This document shows, piece after piece, positions 47,531 through 60,461 of a stretch of DNA of 64,000 nt. The notes below the pieces were generated by a model. It was not told where the DNA came from. It saw nothing but the letters and a program-made list of their open reading frames with translations, and searched no databases. Position 1 is the stretch's first letter. Every line of letters begins with the position of its first letter. The position numbers were made by a program, and so were the translations under genes. Source of the DNA: a plasmid; the sequence record NZ_CP092738.1. The stretch is one strand, 5' to 3'.

Positions 47531-47855
47531 GATAAAATTAAGAATATTGAATATACTTATTTGGAATCTATTTGTTTTTTTGATTTTAAATTGTTCAATT
47601 GGATCAGCAAGGGAAGCTTGCAAAAATAATTTAAAAAAAGGTGATATTTTTGATGCAAGCCCTGATAGCTGTGAATTCGGGTTAGCAGCTTTACTTTTCA
47701 CCCAGAAAGATAACGAATCTATTTCTGAGTTTGAAAATAGAAAAAACACGTTTTTCAATTTTAATTTGATCAATTGTTATCAATATTATGAAAAACTTCA
47801 GGAGTGTAATAAAGAGGAAAAAAAATACCTTCCAGCGATTTATTCAAAAGAATAA
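47475..47855 (+). CDS. putative immunity lipoprotein, family Y (start uncertain)
   Basis: Where its paralogs have ATG, this copy has ATA at 47532. The track ATG at 47475 would overlap the previous gene by 56 nt. Near-identical to 48630..48892. Confidence 0.4.
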   Translation: MSAMQQKNDIFRLFILKSEIKLRILNILIWNLFVFLILNCSIGSAREACKNNLKKGDIFDASPDSCEFGLAALLFTQKDNESISEFENRKNTFFNFNLINCYQYYEKLQECNKEEKKYLPAIYSKE

Positions 47856-47877
47856 CTTCGAATCTTCCTTTTACCTT

Positions 47878-48259
<382 letters not shown>

Positions 48260-48275
48260 CGGAGAAAGGAAGAAT

Positions 48276-48596
48276 ATGAAACTAAGAATATTGAATATAA
48301 CCATTTGGAATCTATTTGTTTTTTGGATTTTAAATTGTTCTATTGGAACTCGAACAGATGCTTGTAAGGCGGATTTAAGGAGAGCAACTGTACTTGAGCC
48401 TAGTGATGATAGTTGTGAAATGCTGCAAACTGTAGCAGGTTTGCCGCTAAGATCTAATGCAACCGAGGAAATGATTCAAAGCAGAATGGAGACATTATCT
48501 TTTCTAATTCTCAATTGTTATCAATATTACACGAAGCTTAAAGAGTGTGAAAAGGAAGGAAATCGCTACACCCCAGCATTATATAGTCGAGAATAA
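48276..48596 (+). CDS. putative immunity lipoprotein, family Y
   Basis: The ATG at 48276 lies inside track ORF 48168..48596. Same signal peptide and C-terminal motif. Confidence 0.5.
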   Translation: MKLRILNITIWNLFVFWILNCSIGTRTDACKADLRRATVLEPSDDSCEMLQTVAGLPLRSNATEEMIQSRMETLSFLILNCYQYYTKLKECEKEGNRYTPALYSRE

Positions 48597-48629
48597 AAAT
48601 TCTTTTCAGTTTATTTTCGTTATAATAGT

Positions 48630-48892
48630 ATGAAATTAAGAATATTGAATATACTTATTTGGAATCTATTTGTTTTTTTGATTTTAAATTGTTCAATTGG
48701 ATCAGCAAGGGAAGCTTGCAAAAATAATTTAAAAAAAGGTGATATTTTTAATGCAAGCCCTGATAGCTGTGAATTCGGGTTAGCAGCTTTACTTTTCACC
48801 CAGAAAGATAACAAATCTATTTCTGAGTTTGAAAATAGAAAAAACACGTTTTTCAATTTTAATTTGATCAATTGTTATCAATATTATGAAAA
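48630..48892 (+). pseudogene. family Y immunity gene, 3'-truncated
   Basis: Identical to 47532..47855 up to ...YYEKL, then diverges into the 3' end of the convergent LRR gene. The last ~17 codons are lost. Confidence 0.45.
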
Positions 48893-48909
48893 ACTTAGAA
48901 AAAGAAATC

Positions 48910-49359
48910 TTATTCAAAGTAAATTTGGCACTTTGGAAGAAGCTTTCGAATTCTTTCTTTTTCTTCGATTGAGAGTTGGTTGTTGTTTAAATCCAACGTT
49001 TGCAAGTTCTTCAATTGTTCGATTTCCTTAGGAAGAGTTGTAAGTTGGTTATAACCTAAATACAACGTTAGCAAGTTTTTCAATTGTCCAATTTCTTTTG
49101 GAAGAGTAGTGAGTTGGTTAAAATCTAAATCCAACCATTGCAAATTTTTTAGTTGCTCTATTTCGTTAGGAACAGTTTTGAGTTTTTGTTCTCTCAAAAT
49201 CAAAACTTGAACATCCAAAGGATTTTGTAGAGCTTTTGTTAATTCCCTATACGTTCCTGGTTCTTCTTTTTCCGTTTGAATTTTGCAAGAAAGATTAATG
49301 AGAAATAAAAGACTAATTATTATTTTTTGTAAGTAATTCAAAGTTATGCGAAAGTTCAT
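48910..49359 (-). CDS. leucine-rich-repeat lipoprotein
   Basis: Signal plus lipobox (LINLSC). Four 23-aa LRRs (LxxLPxEIxQLKNLQxLDL...). Confidence 0.7.
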   Translation of the reverse strand: MNFRITLNYLQKIIISLLFLINLSCKIQTEKEEPGTYRELTKALQNPLDVQVLILREQKLKTVPNEIEQLKNLQWLDLDFNQLTTLPKEIGQLKNLLTLYLGYNQLTTLPKEIEQLKNLQTLDLNNNQLSIEEKERIRKLLPKCQIYFE

Positions 49360-49539
49360 AAAGGTTATCCGGATTGGGATTGAATTAAATTGAAAGACAA
49401 GTTTCTAAATAAAAATAAAACGTCATTCAATTTAAACGTTCTTTTTTAAATTTCTGTTCGTTTAAAGTTAAAATTGATTCCGGATTTTTTAATAAGATTG
49501 AATTTAAAATTCTAATAGTCTGTTCTTTTCTTAAACACT

Positions 49540-50736
<1,197 letters not shown>

Positions 50737-50755
50737 GATATTGATTTTAAAAGAT

Positions 50756-50983
50756 TTATCTTTTTAGAAACTCTTCATTACTTTCTAGATTATCCGAAAA
50801 GGAATGATTAAGAGCATTAAAACTATGTTTATTTATGATTGCTATAGCCTTGCGAAAACCGGTGGATTTTAAAATTGCTTCTCTGTCTTCTTTTTGTAAA
50901 GGTATGCCTATGTATTTTTCGTATTCATCTAACTCGGACTCTGTTATGTCTAAGGGTTTTATATTAAAATAATTGATTACCAT
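50756..50983 (-). CDS. hypothetical small protein
   Basis: 75-aa ORF 19 nt upstream of the 7TM-AraC gene. No homology recognised. Confidence 0.3.
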   Translation of the reverse strand: MVINYFNIKPLDITESELDEYEKYIGIPLQKEDREAILKSTGFRKAIAIINKHSFNALNHSFSDNLESNEEFLKR

Positions 50984-51423
50984 GATTATTCCTTACTTTA
51001 AGTTTAGTAAATATTTATGATGATTTTTTGAGGGGGAGGGATAAAGTATGTGTTCCTTTATGTTAATTCGACTAACAGATTATTTAGTGAAATGTGAACA
51101 CTAATTAGTTCGTAAAATTTAGTGATCATCCACTGAATCAAAAAATATTTATTTTCAAAATAGTTTTGTCTTTGATTATTTCTTTTATTAATATGGAACC
51201 AAAATCGGTTTAATTTATTTAAGTGTAGTAACTGTCTGAATTTTTTCCCAAAATACTTATTCAAATAATTAATTGTCCAAAAAGTCTTAAAAGATCTATG
51301 TTTATTATAAAAAAGTGGCGATAATACAATGGGGAGACGGAAAATAAATTCACTAACTTTAAAATCTATCATTTTACATATCCTTATAATTAGGATTACA
51401 ATCAAGTTAAGGTAGAAAACACA

Positions 51424-51864
51424 ATGTATTCAATGAATACATTGTCAATAAAAAAATACCCAATGAATACTTTCAATCTTAAAACACAATCTGGAAGACT
51501 TGCATTCATAATCTCTGAGACCGGACTAACAAAAAGCCGATTCGGTGAAGAAGTGGGAATTTCTAAACAGCAAGTATCAAACATTATTTCTGGAGAAAGA
51601 GAAATATCAGATCCAGTTGCAATGGTAATTGAATATAAGTTTGGATTTAGGAAAGTATGGACTTTAACAGGAAATGGAATTAAAAAGGAACATAAAAGAA
51701 ATTCCCAAGAAATTGAAGCATTAAATTCAGATATTCAGTTACTACGAAAAATAGATCGAGTACCAGGAGCTAAAAAAATAATTGAAGACATTTTAGTTTT
51801 AGGCTCCAAGGATAGAGCTGTCATAGAAGATATGATAAAGAGGTTGAAGAAAAAAGAAGAATAG
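51424..51864 (+). CDS. CI-repressor-like HTH protein
   Basis: HTH (...TGLTKSRFGEEVGISKQQVSNIISG...) plus WTLTGNG. Confidence 0.5.
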   Translation: MYSMNTLSIKKYPMNTFNLKTQSGRLAFIISETGLTKSRFGEEVGISKQQVSNIISGEREISDPVAMVIEYKFGFRKVWTLTGNGIKKEHKRNSQEIEALNSDIQLLRKIDRVPGAKKIIEDILVLGSKDRAVIEDMIKRLKKKEE

Positions 51865-51916
51865 TATTCTATTATAAGTATATCTAAATTAAAAAATTAA
51901 ATTGTATATAAGTATC

Positions 51917-52819
51917 TTAACGTATTCTTTTTTTGTACCGATTTGCAAGGATACCAGATATATCTTCTATATCTAAATTTGTTGATTTTCGAAGTTTATA
52001 GTCTTCAATTAAAATACCTAGGGTAAACATAGATTTACTGTTTAAAAGTTTGAATCCATATTCAGGAGAATCGAGTAGGTTATATAATCCAAGAACGGGA
52101 AAAGAAAAAATTCTATTGAGTAATGGCAAACGTTTACCTTCTAAAATTTTTTCTCTTATTTCAAAAGCATCATAGTGTAAGATTGCGACTGCCCAAAGAA
52201 TAGATGATGGAAGAAGACCTAATACAGCTTCAGAGGAATAAAAATGTCCGTAAAACGGAAGAATATAAACACAAAGAATTGTAACAGTAAATGCTATGAA
52301 AGTTCCAACCGATAAAAGGAAGGCTCTAACTCTCAGGTCCCCACGGCTTTGAAAGGCATTTTTTACTAATATTGTAAAAGAAAAGGAAATGAAGATAGCA
52401 CAATATGCAATAATTAAATGATAATTATAAGTAGGTTGATAAGTAAATGAAGAGTAATCTTGAATTTTTGCAACTAAACCAGTAGCGGCAGTAAAAAATA
52501 AATAACAGAATATAATAGAATTTATAAAAAAAGTTCTACGACTTGGAATAGTATTGTTTCCAAATAAAGACCTAACAAGTGAATAAAACAAATATGGAGC
52601 AAATAAAATAGGGATTAGCATCCAATTTAAAATAATTTCTCGGAATTCAAAAGGGACAAGAAAACGGAATCCAAAACAAAGTCTCCAAATAGCTATTGAG
52701 ACACATAACCAAAAGAAATATTTTTGAACAATTCTTTGACACGGAATTCGATATACATACCATCCAAGGAATAAAAGAAAAAATCCAATAGTTATATTAT
52801 AAATAATTGTAGAATTCAT
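51917..52819 (-). CDS. polytopic membrane protein (paralog of 38901..39842)
   Basis: Shared motifs (YVYRI, REIILNW, LGLLPSSILWAVAILHYDAFEIRE). Confidence 0.55.
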   Translation of the reverse strand: MNSTIIYNITIGFFLLFLGWYVYRIPCQRIVQKYFFWLCVSIAIWRLCFGFRFLVPFEFREIILNWMLIPILFAPYLFYSLVRSLFGNNTIPSRRTFFINSIIFCYLFFTAATGLVAKIQDYSSFTYQPTYNYHLIIAYCAIFISFSFTILVKNAFQSRGDLRVRAFLLSVGTFIAFTVTILCVYILPFYGHFYSSEAVLGLLPSSILWAVAILHYDAFEIREKILEGKRLPLLNRIFSFPVLGLYNLLDSPEYGFKLLNSKSMFTLGILIEDYKLRKSTNLDIEDISGILANRYKKRIR

Positions 52820-52834
52820 GAAAATTACTCATAT

Positions 52835-53461
52835 TTAACCTATATATGATGTAATTTTTTGTAAAGACTCTTTTCTGATTTCAATAACTCTAAATTGACA
52901 AAATTCTCCATTGAGGTAAAAACCAGGAAAATACATCAAATCTGGATATTTTTGGGAATGAGAAACTCCAGCTCTAAAATATATTCTTTCGATTCCTTTT
53001 GAATCTGGATTGTACATCCCATAAACCATAGAGTAATTCTTATCTAAACAATGTTTAGCTACAGATTTGAAAAGGATAGTGCAAGCTCTTCCGCTTTTAC
53101 TTGTTGGTAAAAATGAAACTGAATTCCAATCTGCTACGTTCTCTTCTTTAACTTTGTATTGTTTAAGGGGTGGTTGTCCCCAGACTACTGCAACTTCTAA
53201 TGGAATGACGTTTTCTGGTTTTTTTTCTATTATTCTCATAGCAGCTAAAATTTCATTAGAATCTTCTACATAAAACCAAGTTGACCAAGGATCGTAATTG
53301 ATATTTTTCCACGAGGAATGGGAATATCCAGACTCAGTATAAACTTTGGATACAAAATCTTTTACTTTTTTCAATTCTTCTAATGATTCTAATCCTACTA
53401 TGGTCTTTACTTCATATTTTTCTTTTGTTTGTGTGTGGGTTTTAGTAGTTATTTGTGACAT
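52835..53461 (-). CDS. GNAT-fold N-acyltransferase, LuxI/FeeM-like (paralog of 38273..38920)
   Basis: ...NINYDPWSTWFYVEDSNEILAAMRIIEKKP... Same downstream partner arrangement. Confidence 0.35.
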   Translation of the reverse strand: MSQITTKTHTQTKEKYEVKTIVGLESLEELKKVKDFVSKVYTESGYSHSSWKNINYDPWSTWFYVEDSNEILAAMRIIEKKPENVIPLEVAVVWGQPPLKQYKVKEENVADWNSVSFLPTSKSGRACTILFKSVAKHCLDKNYSMVYGMYNPDSKGIERIYFRAGVSHSQKYPDLMYFPGFYLNGEFCQFRVIEIRKESLQKITSYIG

Positions 53462-53683
53462 AACATAATTATGTCACATTATAGCAAAATTTCAATGTTT
53501 TATTTCATTTTTTGACCCCTATATTATAACTTAGAGTCATCTAGTAAAATATATGTTACTTCGACTTTAAAAGTTGTATTTTGATAAAATTAAAAAAAGA
53601 GAACACAAAGCTACGGCTATTTTAGTAAATAAAAAATTTCCTCACAATTTGACTAACGTAAATAACGGGTTTAAATTTGTAGG

Positions 53684-54124
53684 ATGAAAAATAGGGGAAA
53701 GATAAATCCTAAAAAGATCCCCAAAACAAAGAATTTATATATAACGCCGATCAAAGCGGGATTTCCTTCACCCGCTGACGACTATTTAGAAAAAGAATTA
53801 GATATAATATCTCTCGTTATCCAAAATCCAAACTCAACGTTTTTCGGAAGGGTAAAAGGGGATTCGATGGTAGAAGAGGGGATCAAAGATCAAGACATTA
53901 TCGTAATTGATAAATCCATTAAACCACAAAGCGGCAATACTGTCGTATGTGCATTGGACGGAGTAATAGTAGTTAAAACCCTAAAAATAAAAGGTAAAAA
54001 AATAATATTAGAATCTTCGAATGCAAAATATGAACCTATAGAGATAAAAAAAGAAAACGAGTTTGAAATCTGGGGAACAGTAACGTGGACGATTCATAAA
54101 GTTAGAAATGTTCGTGCTCGTTGA
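53684..54124 (+). CDS. umuD: UmuD-like S24 peptidase (LexA-type)
   Basis: ...AGFPSPADDY...GDSMVEEGI... (Ser nucleophile motif) plus a later Lys. Overlaps umuC. Confidence 0.75.
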   Translation: MKNRGKINPKKIPKTKNLYITPIKAGFPSPADDYLEKELDIISLVIQNPNSTFFGRVKGDSMVEEGIKDQDIIVIDKSIKPQSGNTVVCALDGVIVVKTLKIKGKKIILESSNAKYEPIEIKKENEFEIWGTVTWTIHKVRNVRAR

Positions 54125-55361
54125 TTGTAACTCATTTTACTGTTCTTGCGAAAGACTGTTTCGACCTGACCTTAAAAACAAACCGGTTGTAGTGCTCAGT
54201 AATAACGACGGATGTGTAATTTCGAGGAGTAAGGAGGCAAAAGAATTAGGTATCAAAATGGGAGAACCGGCATTCAAAAGAAAGGAGTATTTCGAGGAAA
54301 ATAAGATAGAAGTATTTTCTTCGAATTACGCACTTTATGGAGATATATCAAGAAGAGTCATGAAAGAATTAGAAAGATACTCGGACCAAATTGAGATCTA
54401 TTCTATTGACGAGGCTTTTTTGAAACTATCTCAAGACAGAAAAGAAGAAATATCTAAAATAGCCAAAAAAATCAAAAAAGAGATAAATAGAAATATAGGA
54501 ATCCCTGTCAGTATAGGGATAGGAAAAACAAAATCACTTGCAAAAATCGCAAGCCAACTTGCTAAAAAAAGTAAAGATAACATATATATAATCCTAGAAG
54601 AAGAAAGGGAAGAAGCACTAAAAAAAGTAGAAATCAAAGACGTATGGGGAATTGGAAGAAGTTATGAAAAGTTACTAAAAAAGGTCAATGTACTAACGGC
54701 TTTTGACTACACACAACTAAACCCTTACTGGATCAGGAAACATTTAACCGTAGTAGGGTTAAGACTACAATACGAGCTCAAAGGATACCAAGCCTTAGAT
54801 CTAGAAAAGGATATAAAAAATAAAAAAACAATTTCAATCGCTAGATCCTTTTCACAAACTCAAACCGAGTTAGAAATTCTAGAATCAATCGTAGCGACAT
54901 TTGCCAGTAGGGCCGCTTATAAACTCAGAAAACAAAACGGATATACAAGTTTATTAAGAATTTTTATTCATACAAATCCATTTGCAAACAAAGAAGAAAC
55001 ATACTCCAAACATATAGAAATAAAACTTCCCGTTCCTTCACAAAGCACCCCTGAAATCGTACACTACTGTCTACAAGGACTTAGACAGATTTATAAACCA
55101 AAACTAAAATACAAAAAAGCAGGGGTTATTTTAGACAAAATAACAATCGAAGAAAATTTTCAGCCGGACCTATTCGATTCTGTAAATAGAGAAAAAGAAA
55201 AAAGACTCAATGAGAGTATAGACAAAATCAATGAAAAATTCCAAAATGAAAAAGTTAAATTCGCAGTCACAAATAATAAGAACTCATGGGCCTTAAAACA
55301 AGAAAGGTTATCACCTCGATATACAACACGATGGGAGGATATAATCTATGTGTTATCATAA
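54108..55361 (+). CDS. umuC: Y-family translesion DNA polymerase (UmuC-like)
   Basis: MFVLVDCNSFYCSCERLFRPDLKNKPVVVLSNNDGCVISRS... Canonical Y-family N-terminus. 417 aa. Confidence 0.85.
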   Translation: MFVLVDCNSFYCSCERLFRPDLKNKPVVVLSNNDGCVISRSKEAKELGIKMGEPAFKRKEYFEENKIEVFSSNYALYGDISRRVMKELERYSDQIEIYSIDEAFLKLSQDRKEEISKIAKKIKKEINRNIGIPVSIGIGKTKSLAKIASQLAKKSKDNIYIILEEEREEALKKVEIKDVWGIGRSYEKLLKKVNVLTAFDYTQLNPYWIRKHLTVVGLRLQYELKGYQALDLEKDIKNKKTISIARSFSQTQTELEILESIVATFASRAAYKLRKQNGYTSLLRIFIHTNPFANKEETYSKHIEIKLPVPSQSTPEIVHYCLQGLRQIYKPKLKYKKAGVILDKITIEENFQPDLFDSVNREKEKRLNESIDKINEKFQNEKVKFAVTNNKNSWALKQERLSPRYTTRWEDIIYVLS

Positions 55362-56061
55362 TTCACTGACCGAAGACTCTCAAAAATTGGCAAATCGATA
55401 TAACGTAAAATTTACGATTCAAGGTTATAGACCGATATACCACGAAAACGGATTTAACCATAACCCGCGTCCGGTTATAACGAACCAAAATCCAAACGAA
55501 TTCCAATGTTATCAGTGGGGACTAATCCCTTACTGGACAAAAAACTTAGAGGACGCTTTAAAATATCAAAATAACAATTTAAACGTAAAAACTGAGACAG
55601 TAACAGAGAAAAAATCGTTTCAAGAAGCGATTTTAAAACAAAGATGTCTTGTTCCCTCGACAGGATTTTTTGAATATCAGGAAATCAGAAAGAAAAAATA
55701 CCCCTACCGAATTTTCTTAAAAAAAGAAGAAGTGTTCTCGTTAGCTGGAATTTTTGATATATGGACCGATTCACAAACCCAAAAAACATATTATACTTTT
55801 ACTATATTAACGACAGAAGCAAACCCGCTTATGAGGCAAATTCATAATAGCAAATATAGGATGCCTTTAATACTACCAAGAGGCAAAGAATTTAATTGGA
55901 TTGATCCAGACTTAGACCAAATCAAAGAAATAGAAAAATTGTTTGAGGTATATCCGGATACAGAAATGGATGCGTATACGGTTAAACTGGAGAATGATTC
56001 TTATAAACCGAACCGATATAAATACTATTATCCGGATATAGAACAAGAACTTTTATTTTAA
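55348..56061 (+). CDS. SOS-response-associated peptidase (SRAP/YedK-like, DUF159)
   Basis: N-terminal MC(Y)H catalytic Cys2. Length and position directly after umuC. Confidence 0.65.
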   Translation: MCYHNSLTEDSQKLANRYNVKFTIQGYRPIYHENGFNHNPRPVITNQNPNEFQCYQWGLIPYWTKNLEDALKYQNNNLNVKTETVTEKKSFQEAILKQRCLVPSTGFFEYQEIRKKKYPYRIFLKKEEVFSLAGIFDIWTDSQTQKTYYTFTILTTEANPLMRQIHNSKYRMPLILPRGKEFNWIDPDLDQIKEIEKLFEVYPDTEMDAYTVKLENDSYKPNRYKYYYPDIEQELLF

Positions 56062-58048
56062 AAATGAGTATAAGTTCTGTAGATTATTAGCAAAAAAAAT
56101 ACCCCAATTGAACGGGGTTTGAAATGAAGATTAAATAGATTTATTAAAGTCTCGGTTGAAAAGACTTTTAATACAATAATTATCGGACAATAAAATTAGA
56201 ATATTACTAAAAATTTTTAAAGAAAAAACTATAGTAACAATCAATTAAAAAAAGAAACCCTACCTGTAAAAGCGTAGGGAAAATCTAGGAGAAATATATA
56301 ACTATATTCTTTTAAAAAAGAATTGAGTCATAATTTGCGTAGTTAAATGAAAAACTACGATACTATTTATTTAAGAAATCCCCCTATAATGGAACCAGTA
56401 CAGAGGGATCAATGAACCCTTAACCTTCGAAACAAAAGATTCGAATGTTTTTAGCAAATTCAGAATAATACAATTAAGACAAAAATCAATCAAAAAAATA
56501 AAATTATATATATAAATTATTTAATATATCTTAAAATAATAAATTAGAAATTATTTATTCTATAAAATGACAGTCAAAAAAATAAACAAATCAATATAAA
56601 AATGAAGAGTTTTATGGAAAAGCAGATAATCAAGTATTGTAATATCTAATACAGAATAAAAACGTATTAATAAAATCTAAAGAATAATGGATTGATAATT
56701 AAAAAATGACTTTGAAAATGTATAAATATATACCATTAAACGCATAGTAAAATAGCTATTCTTTTAATTGGTAGTCAAATACACTTACTTGAAAACGAGC
56801 AATGGATTTTAACCGAATACGCCAAAGAAATGTATATTTTGATTGAAGAACATTTACTCAGTTTTCCCGGCGAAATTTTCGAAGAAGAAAACTAAAAAAA
56901 AAACGATAAAATATAATATTACTCTTTAAGGATTTCAAGAAGTTATGATTAGGAATATCATTAAAGACGATCGTGTTCACTTCTTTGTAGATTATGATCC
57001 TGAATTTGTAGTCAGGGCTAAAAAGGTAAGTGGCATCTGGAATTCATTTGAAAAATCATGGTCATTTAGTTTAAAAAATTATGAAGAAGTCAAACAAATT
57101 TTAAGAGAGATATATGGCGAAGAAGGGGAAGGTCTGACCTAATTTGTTAATATAAAAATACTGGCCAAAGAAAAAATTATATCTTACGACAAAGGAGGAA
57201 TTAAGATCAAAGGTAGATTAATCGCACATTCCAATAATAAAGATACCGGTGCAAAACTTGGGAGAACTGTATAGATGATTTTCCTAAACTTTTGATAGAT
57301 CAAATAGACGATAGAATCGAATTGTTGGAATGGGTGCCAAGCCAAGAAAAATTTTACTATTTATCCAAAGCGGATCTACTGAGTGAAAAAGAAAGACTTC
57401 TGAAAAGATTAGAAGCATTAGAAAAATTAATAGAAGAAACAAAATAAAATAGGAAAACAAAATGAACGTTGAAAAAATTAAAATACGAACTTTAACCGAA
57501 ACTTCTAAAGAGTTTTTAAGATTAGCTATCAAAAATAACGTTTTAAATCCGGAAGATCCCTATAATTATTTAGTTCCTGGACAACCCACGTCTAAAATCA
57601 AATTTGCACATGAACAAATAAAAAAACGTAAGATTGATTTAAAAAGCATATTAAGAAGTTCAGAAACTTCCAACGCCAATACTTTTTTACATGCTATGGG
57701 TTATTATTTTGTAGGTTACCAATATGGGGCCCAACGCATAATTTTGAAGTTTTGATTTGGAAAAACGAACTAAACAAAGAAATTATAAAATATTCTAATA
57801 CCGATTATTATTTTAAGAAAAAAGAAATAAAAACAGAAGCAGACATAGAAGTATATTTTTTAAGTTACGACTTTGTAAACGGGCAAAACATTAGAGTTTT
57901 TAAACTTGGTAATAAAGAAGATCAATATAGAGCAAGTAAATGTTTCGACATTATCGATAGTTTTAAAAGTTAGAATTATTTATACAAAACTTTTAAAATT
58001 TATAAGAAATTCCGGTTCTTTAGAATAATGCTGTCTCCATGTTTTTTT

Positions 58049-58093
58049 GAAATTCAGGAAATTTCAGGAAATTTCAGGTCAAATTTGACCCCC
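58049..58093. repeat. GGTCAAATTTGACC + (GAAATTTCCT)n motif, copy 4 (inverted orientation)
   Basis: Sequence gaaattcaggaaatttcaggaaatttcaggtcaaatttgacccccc. Confidence 0.8.
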
Positions 58094-58231
58094 CAAAAAT
58101 AGGCCAAAAAGTTGTAATTTTGCTTATTTTTGGTGGTATATATCCTTTCTTTATAATATCTTAATATTACTTTAAAATTAACCCACGTTAATTTTTTATA
58201 TTGTAACTATAGTTTAAAGTTGATTAGAGTC

Positions 58232-58726
58232 TTATAAATTTACAAAAGAAATTTCTTTTGCTAGTTTATTGAATATAACTTGAAAAGAATATTTTTCATT
58301 TTTTGGATTGTGATAAAGAAATTCGGAACTTCCGAATTTTATTTCTGAAAACTCTTTTCCACGATCAGCGCATAACTGTTTCCAGATTATTTCCTTTTTT
58401 TCTTCCGAAAAAAATCTTCCTAATCTAATACTTCCGATTCCTGATTGGTATTGACCATTTACACTAATTTTAGTAGAAAAATAATTGTATTGTTCGTTTT
58501 TTGCGTCGTATTTTTTATTTTGGTACTTATTTGTAATTTCATTTACCTCTTGTTCTGTTGGTCCATCTTTCCAAGTAACAGAACAATCACTAAATTTATC
58601 TTTACGAACATTAAATTTAACCCCAGGAAAAGCTTTTTGAAGATCTAAGCGAATTAATTTATTTGTCTCCATCGAACTCAAATAAGGTAAATTATTTTCA
58701 AGGTTTTGTGAAATTATTCTTATCAT
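58232..58726 (-). CDS. hypothetical protein
   Basis: 164-aa ORF. Confidence 0.4.
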   Translation of the reverse strand: MIRIISQNLENNLPYLSSMETNKLIRLDLQKAFPGVKFNVRKDKFSDCSVTWKDGPTEQEVNEITNKYQNKKYDAKNEQYNYFSTKISVNGQYQSGIGSIRLGRFFSEEKKEIIWKQLCADRGKEFSEIKFGSSEFLYHNPKNEKYSFQVIFNKLAKEISFVNL

Positions 58727-58972
58727 TGTAAACTCCTTAGTATAAATTTACTAATATAAATAAAGTATAACATTATGGTTTTCATATGACAACCATAATG
58801 TTTGTTTTTTTTAAATTATTTAAGCAAACTTACTTTCTTTCAATCTATTATTAAATTATGTTTTTCAAATTAAATTATAAAAATTTCTCAAAAATTATTA
58901 AAAAAATCCTTGCAAATTTGCGAGGATTTTTTATACTGAAATAACAAACGGTTTGAAACCGGGGAGGGATAA

Positions 58973-59476
58973 ATGATTCAATTTACTCAAAGAGGTCCAA
59001 AGGTAAACGGTGTACAATATAAAGCTACTTATCAAAAATACAAAGATATGGAAGGAAAAGAATACATCCAGATCTACAGTCGAAATTATGGTAGCTTTTA
59101 TTTCCCGGAGGAAATTCGCGCACAGTTTCAAGTTGAAAACCGGACAGATTCAATGACTGACTATTTTGAGATGGATCGTTTCAACGTGTGCCAGGAGCAC
59201 GAATTATTCCCAAAAGTGAAAGCAACGTTGGAAGCGATTAATGCCTCGTATAACAAAAGGAAGGAAAAGAAAAAATCAGAACGGCATTTACCTAAAGTTT
59301 CTCGATGTAAGAGCCCTAAGCCTTTTCATCATGAATATGTTTCTAAAATTAGATTCCCTGAGTTAGGTAAAATCGTTTATCTTTCTTGTGTTCTTAAAAA
59401 ACAGGAAGCAATAAAAGCGGCGCAAGCTGTTTTAATGCTCACTGAAAACGCAAATTTTAAAATAGTTGTATGCTAA
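58973..59476 (+). CDS. hypothetical protein
   Basis: 167-aa ORF with a plausible RBS (ggggagggataa). Confidence 0.4.
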   Translation: MIQFTQRGPKVNGVQYKATYQKYKDMEGKEYIQIYSRNYGSFYFPEEIRAQFQVENRTDSMTDYFEMDRFNVCQEHELFPKVKATLEAINASYNKRKEKKKSERHLPKVSRCKSPKPFHHEYVSKIRFPELGKIVYLSCVLKKQEAIKAAQAVLMLTENANFKIVVC

Positions 59477-59607
59477 GATGATAATAACTGAAGATACAAC
59501 AGAAATTTACAAAAGAATATCGATCCCGGAAATAGTAAGTCACCGGGATCAGATCTTCAGGAACTTTTCGATTCTATTTCTAAAGTTTATGATATGATCG
59601 TTTTAAG

Positions 59608-60096
59608 TTGAATCGTATTCGCGGAATAGATATTGATTTTTATTTTCCGAGTCAAGGTAAGCGAACTCATTTTAATCCAAACGAAACGAACGACCTTAAA
59701 GAAAAGATAAGAAGTCAAATTGATCATAACATTTGGAAATTACTTGCGGAAGAAACTGGTTTATACGACTTGATGGATGAGCAGGCTAAGGATAATTTTA
59801 ATTGTGAGCTTGAGAAGAACCCGCCGCATGTTACGAACGGGAATATTCTTGCAACTTTTGAACGTCTTGAATCTGAAAAAGAAAATATTTTCGAAAGAGG
59901 TCTAATAAACGTATTTAAAAACCTCGATTGTAAATATGTTTCGAATGACTCATTCAAAGTTACCAAGAAAATCATAATTTCAAATTATCGTGGATTTTCG
60001 AGCAAGGATAGTGTTCGTGATATTGAGCGAATCAATAAAATAATAGCGAGAAGTGCCGGGTATCGAGTTCCAGAAAAAAATAATAATTGCATTTAA
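59608..60096 (+). CDS. hypothetical protein
   Basis: 162-aa ORF. Confidence 0.35.
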   Translation: MNRIRGIDIDFYFPSQGKRTHFNPNETNDLKEKIRSQIDHNIWKLLAEETGLYDLMDEQAKDNFNCELEKNPPHVTNGNILATFERLESEKENIFERGLINVFKNLDCKYVSNDSFKVTKKIIISNYRGFSSKDSVRDIERINKIIARSAGYRVPEKNNNCI

Positions 60097-60203
60097 AAAA
60101 TTCTTTCAATAGAGTCCAATTTTAAAATATTAAAAGTGATAATACATGATTGTCACTTATTTTATATTAATTTAAGAAGTCGGTCAAATCTCAGATTCTA
60201 AAA

Positions 60204-60461
60204 TTGGACGATTCGATGAAAATTAAATCATACAAAGAGGCTGAACTTATTAAAGCAGCCTTAACAAAATTCCATTTAAATAAAATTCAAAAAGCAGTTA
60301 ATAAATTCGGATATGCTGGGCTGTCGAGAAAGTTGAGTGAGGCGGGTTTTGAAAAGTGTTCTGATACGAGAATTCTTAGCGTACTAAGTCGTGAATCACT
60401 TACTGGGGCTGAAAAGTTGTCGCTAGAAATTAAATCTACTCTTTATCCTGATTTAGAATAA
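60204..60461 (+). CDS. hypothetical small protein
   Basis: 85-aa ORF. Confidence 0.3.
   Translation: MDDSMKIKSYKEAELIKAALTKFHLNKIQKAVNKFGYAGLSRKLSEAGFEKCSDTRILSVLSRESLTGAEKLSLEIKSTLYPDLE

Noticed and set aside
51058-51584. ORFs 51058..51405(-) and 51402..51584(-)
   Set aside because: An AT-rich intergenic leader upstream of the CI-like gene. The translations are low-complexity, and they overlap the start of the better-supported gene.
56100-58230. tRNA or ncRNA genes in the long AT-rich gaps
   Set aside because: No cloverleaf-compatible segment with a GTTC(G/A)A T-loop was seen. The small ORFs 56945..57142, 57462..57755 and 57752..57973 lack supporting features and were left uncalled.
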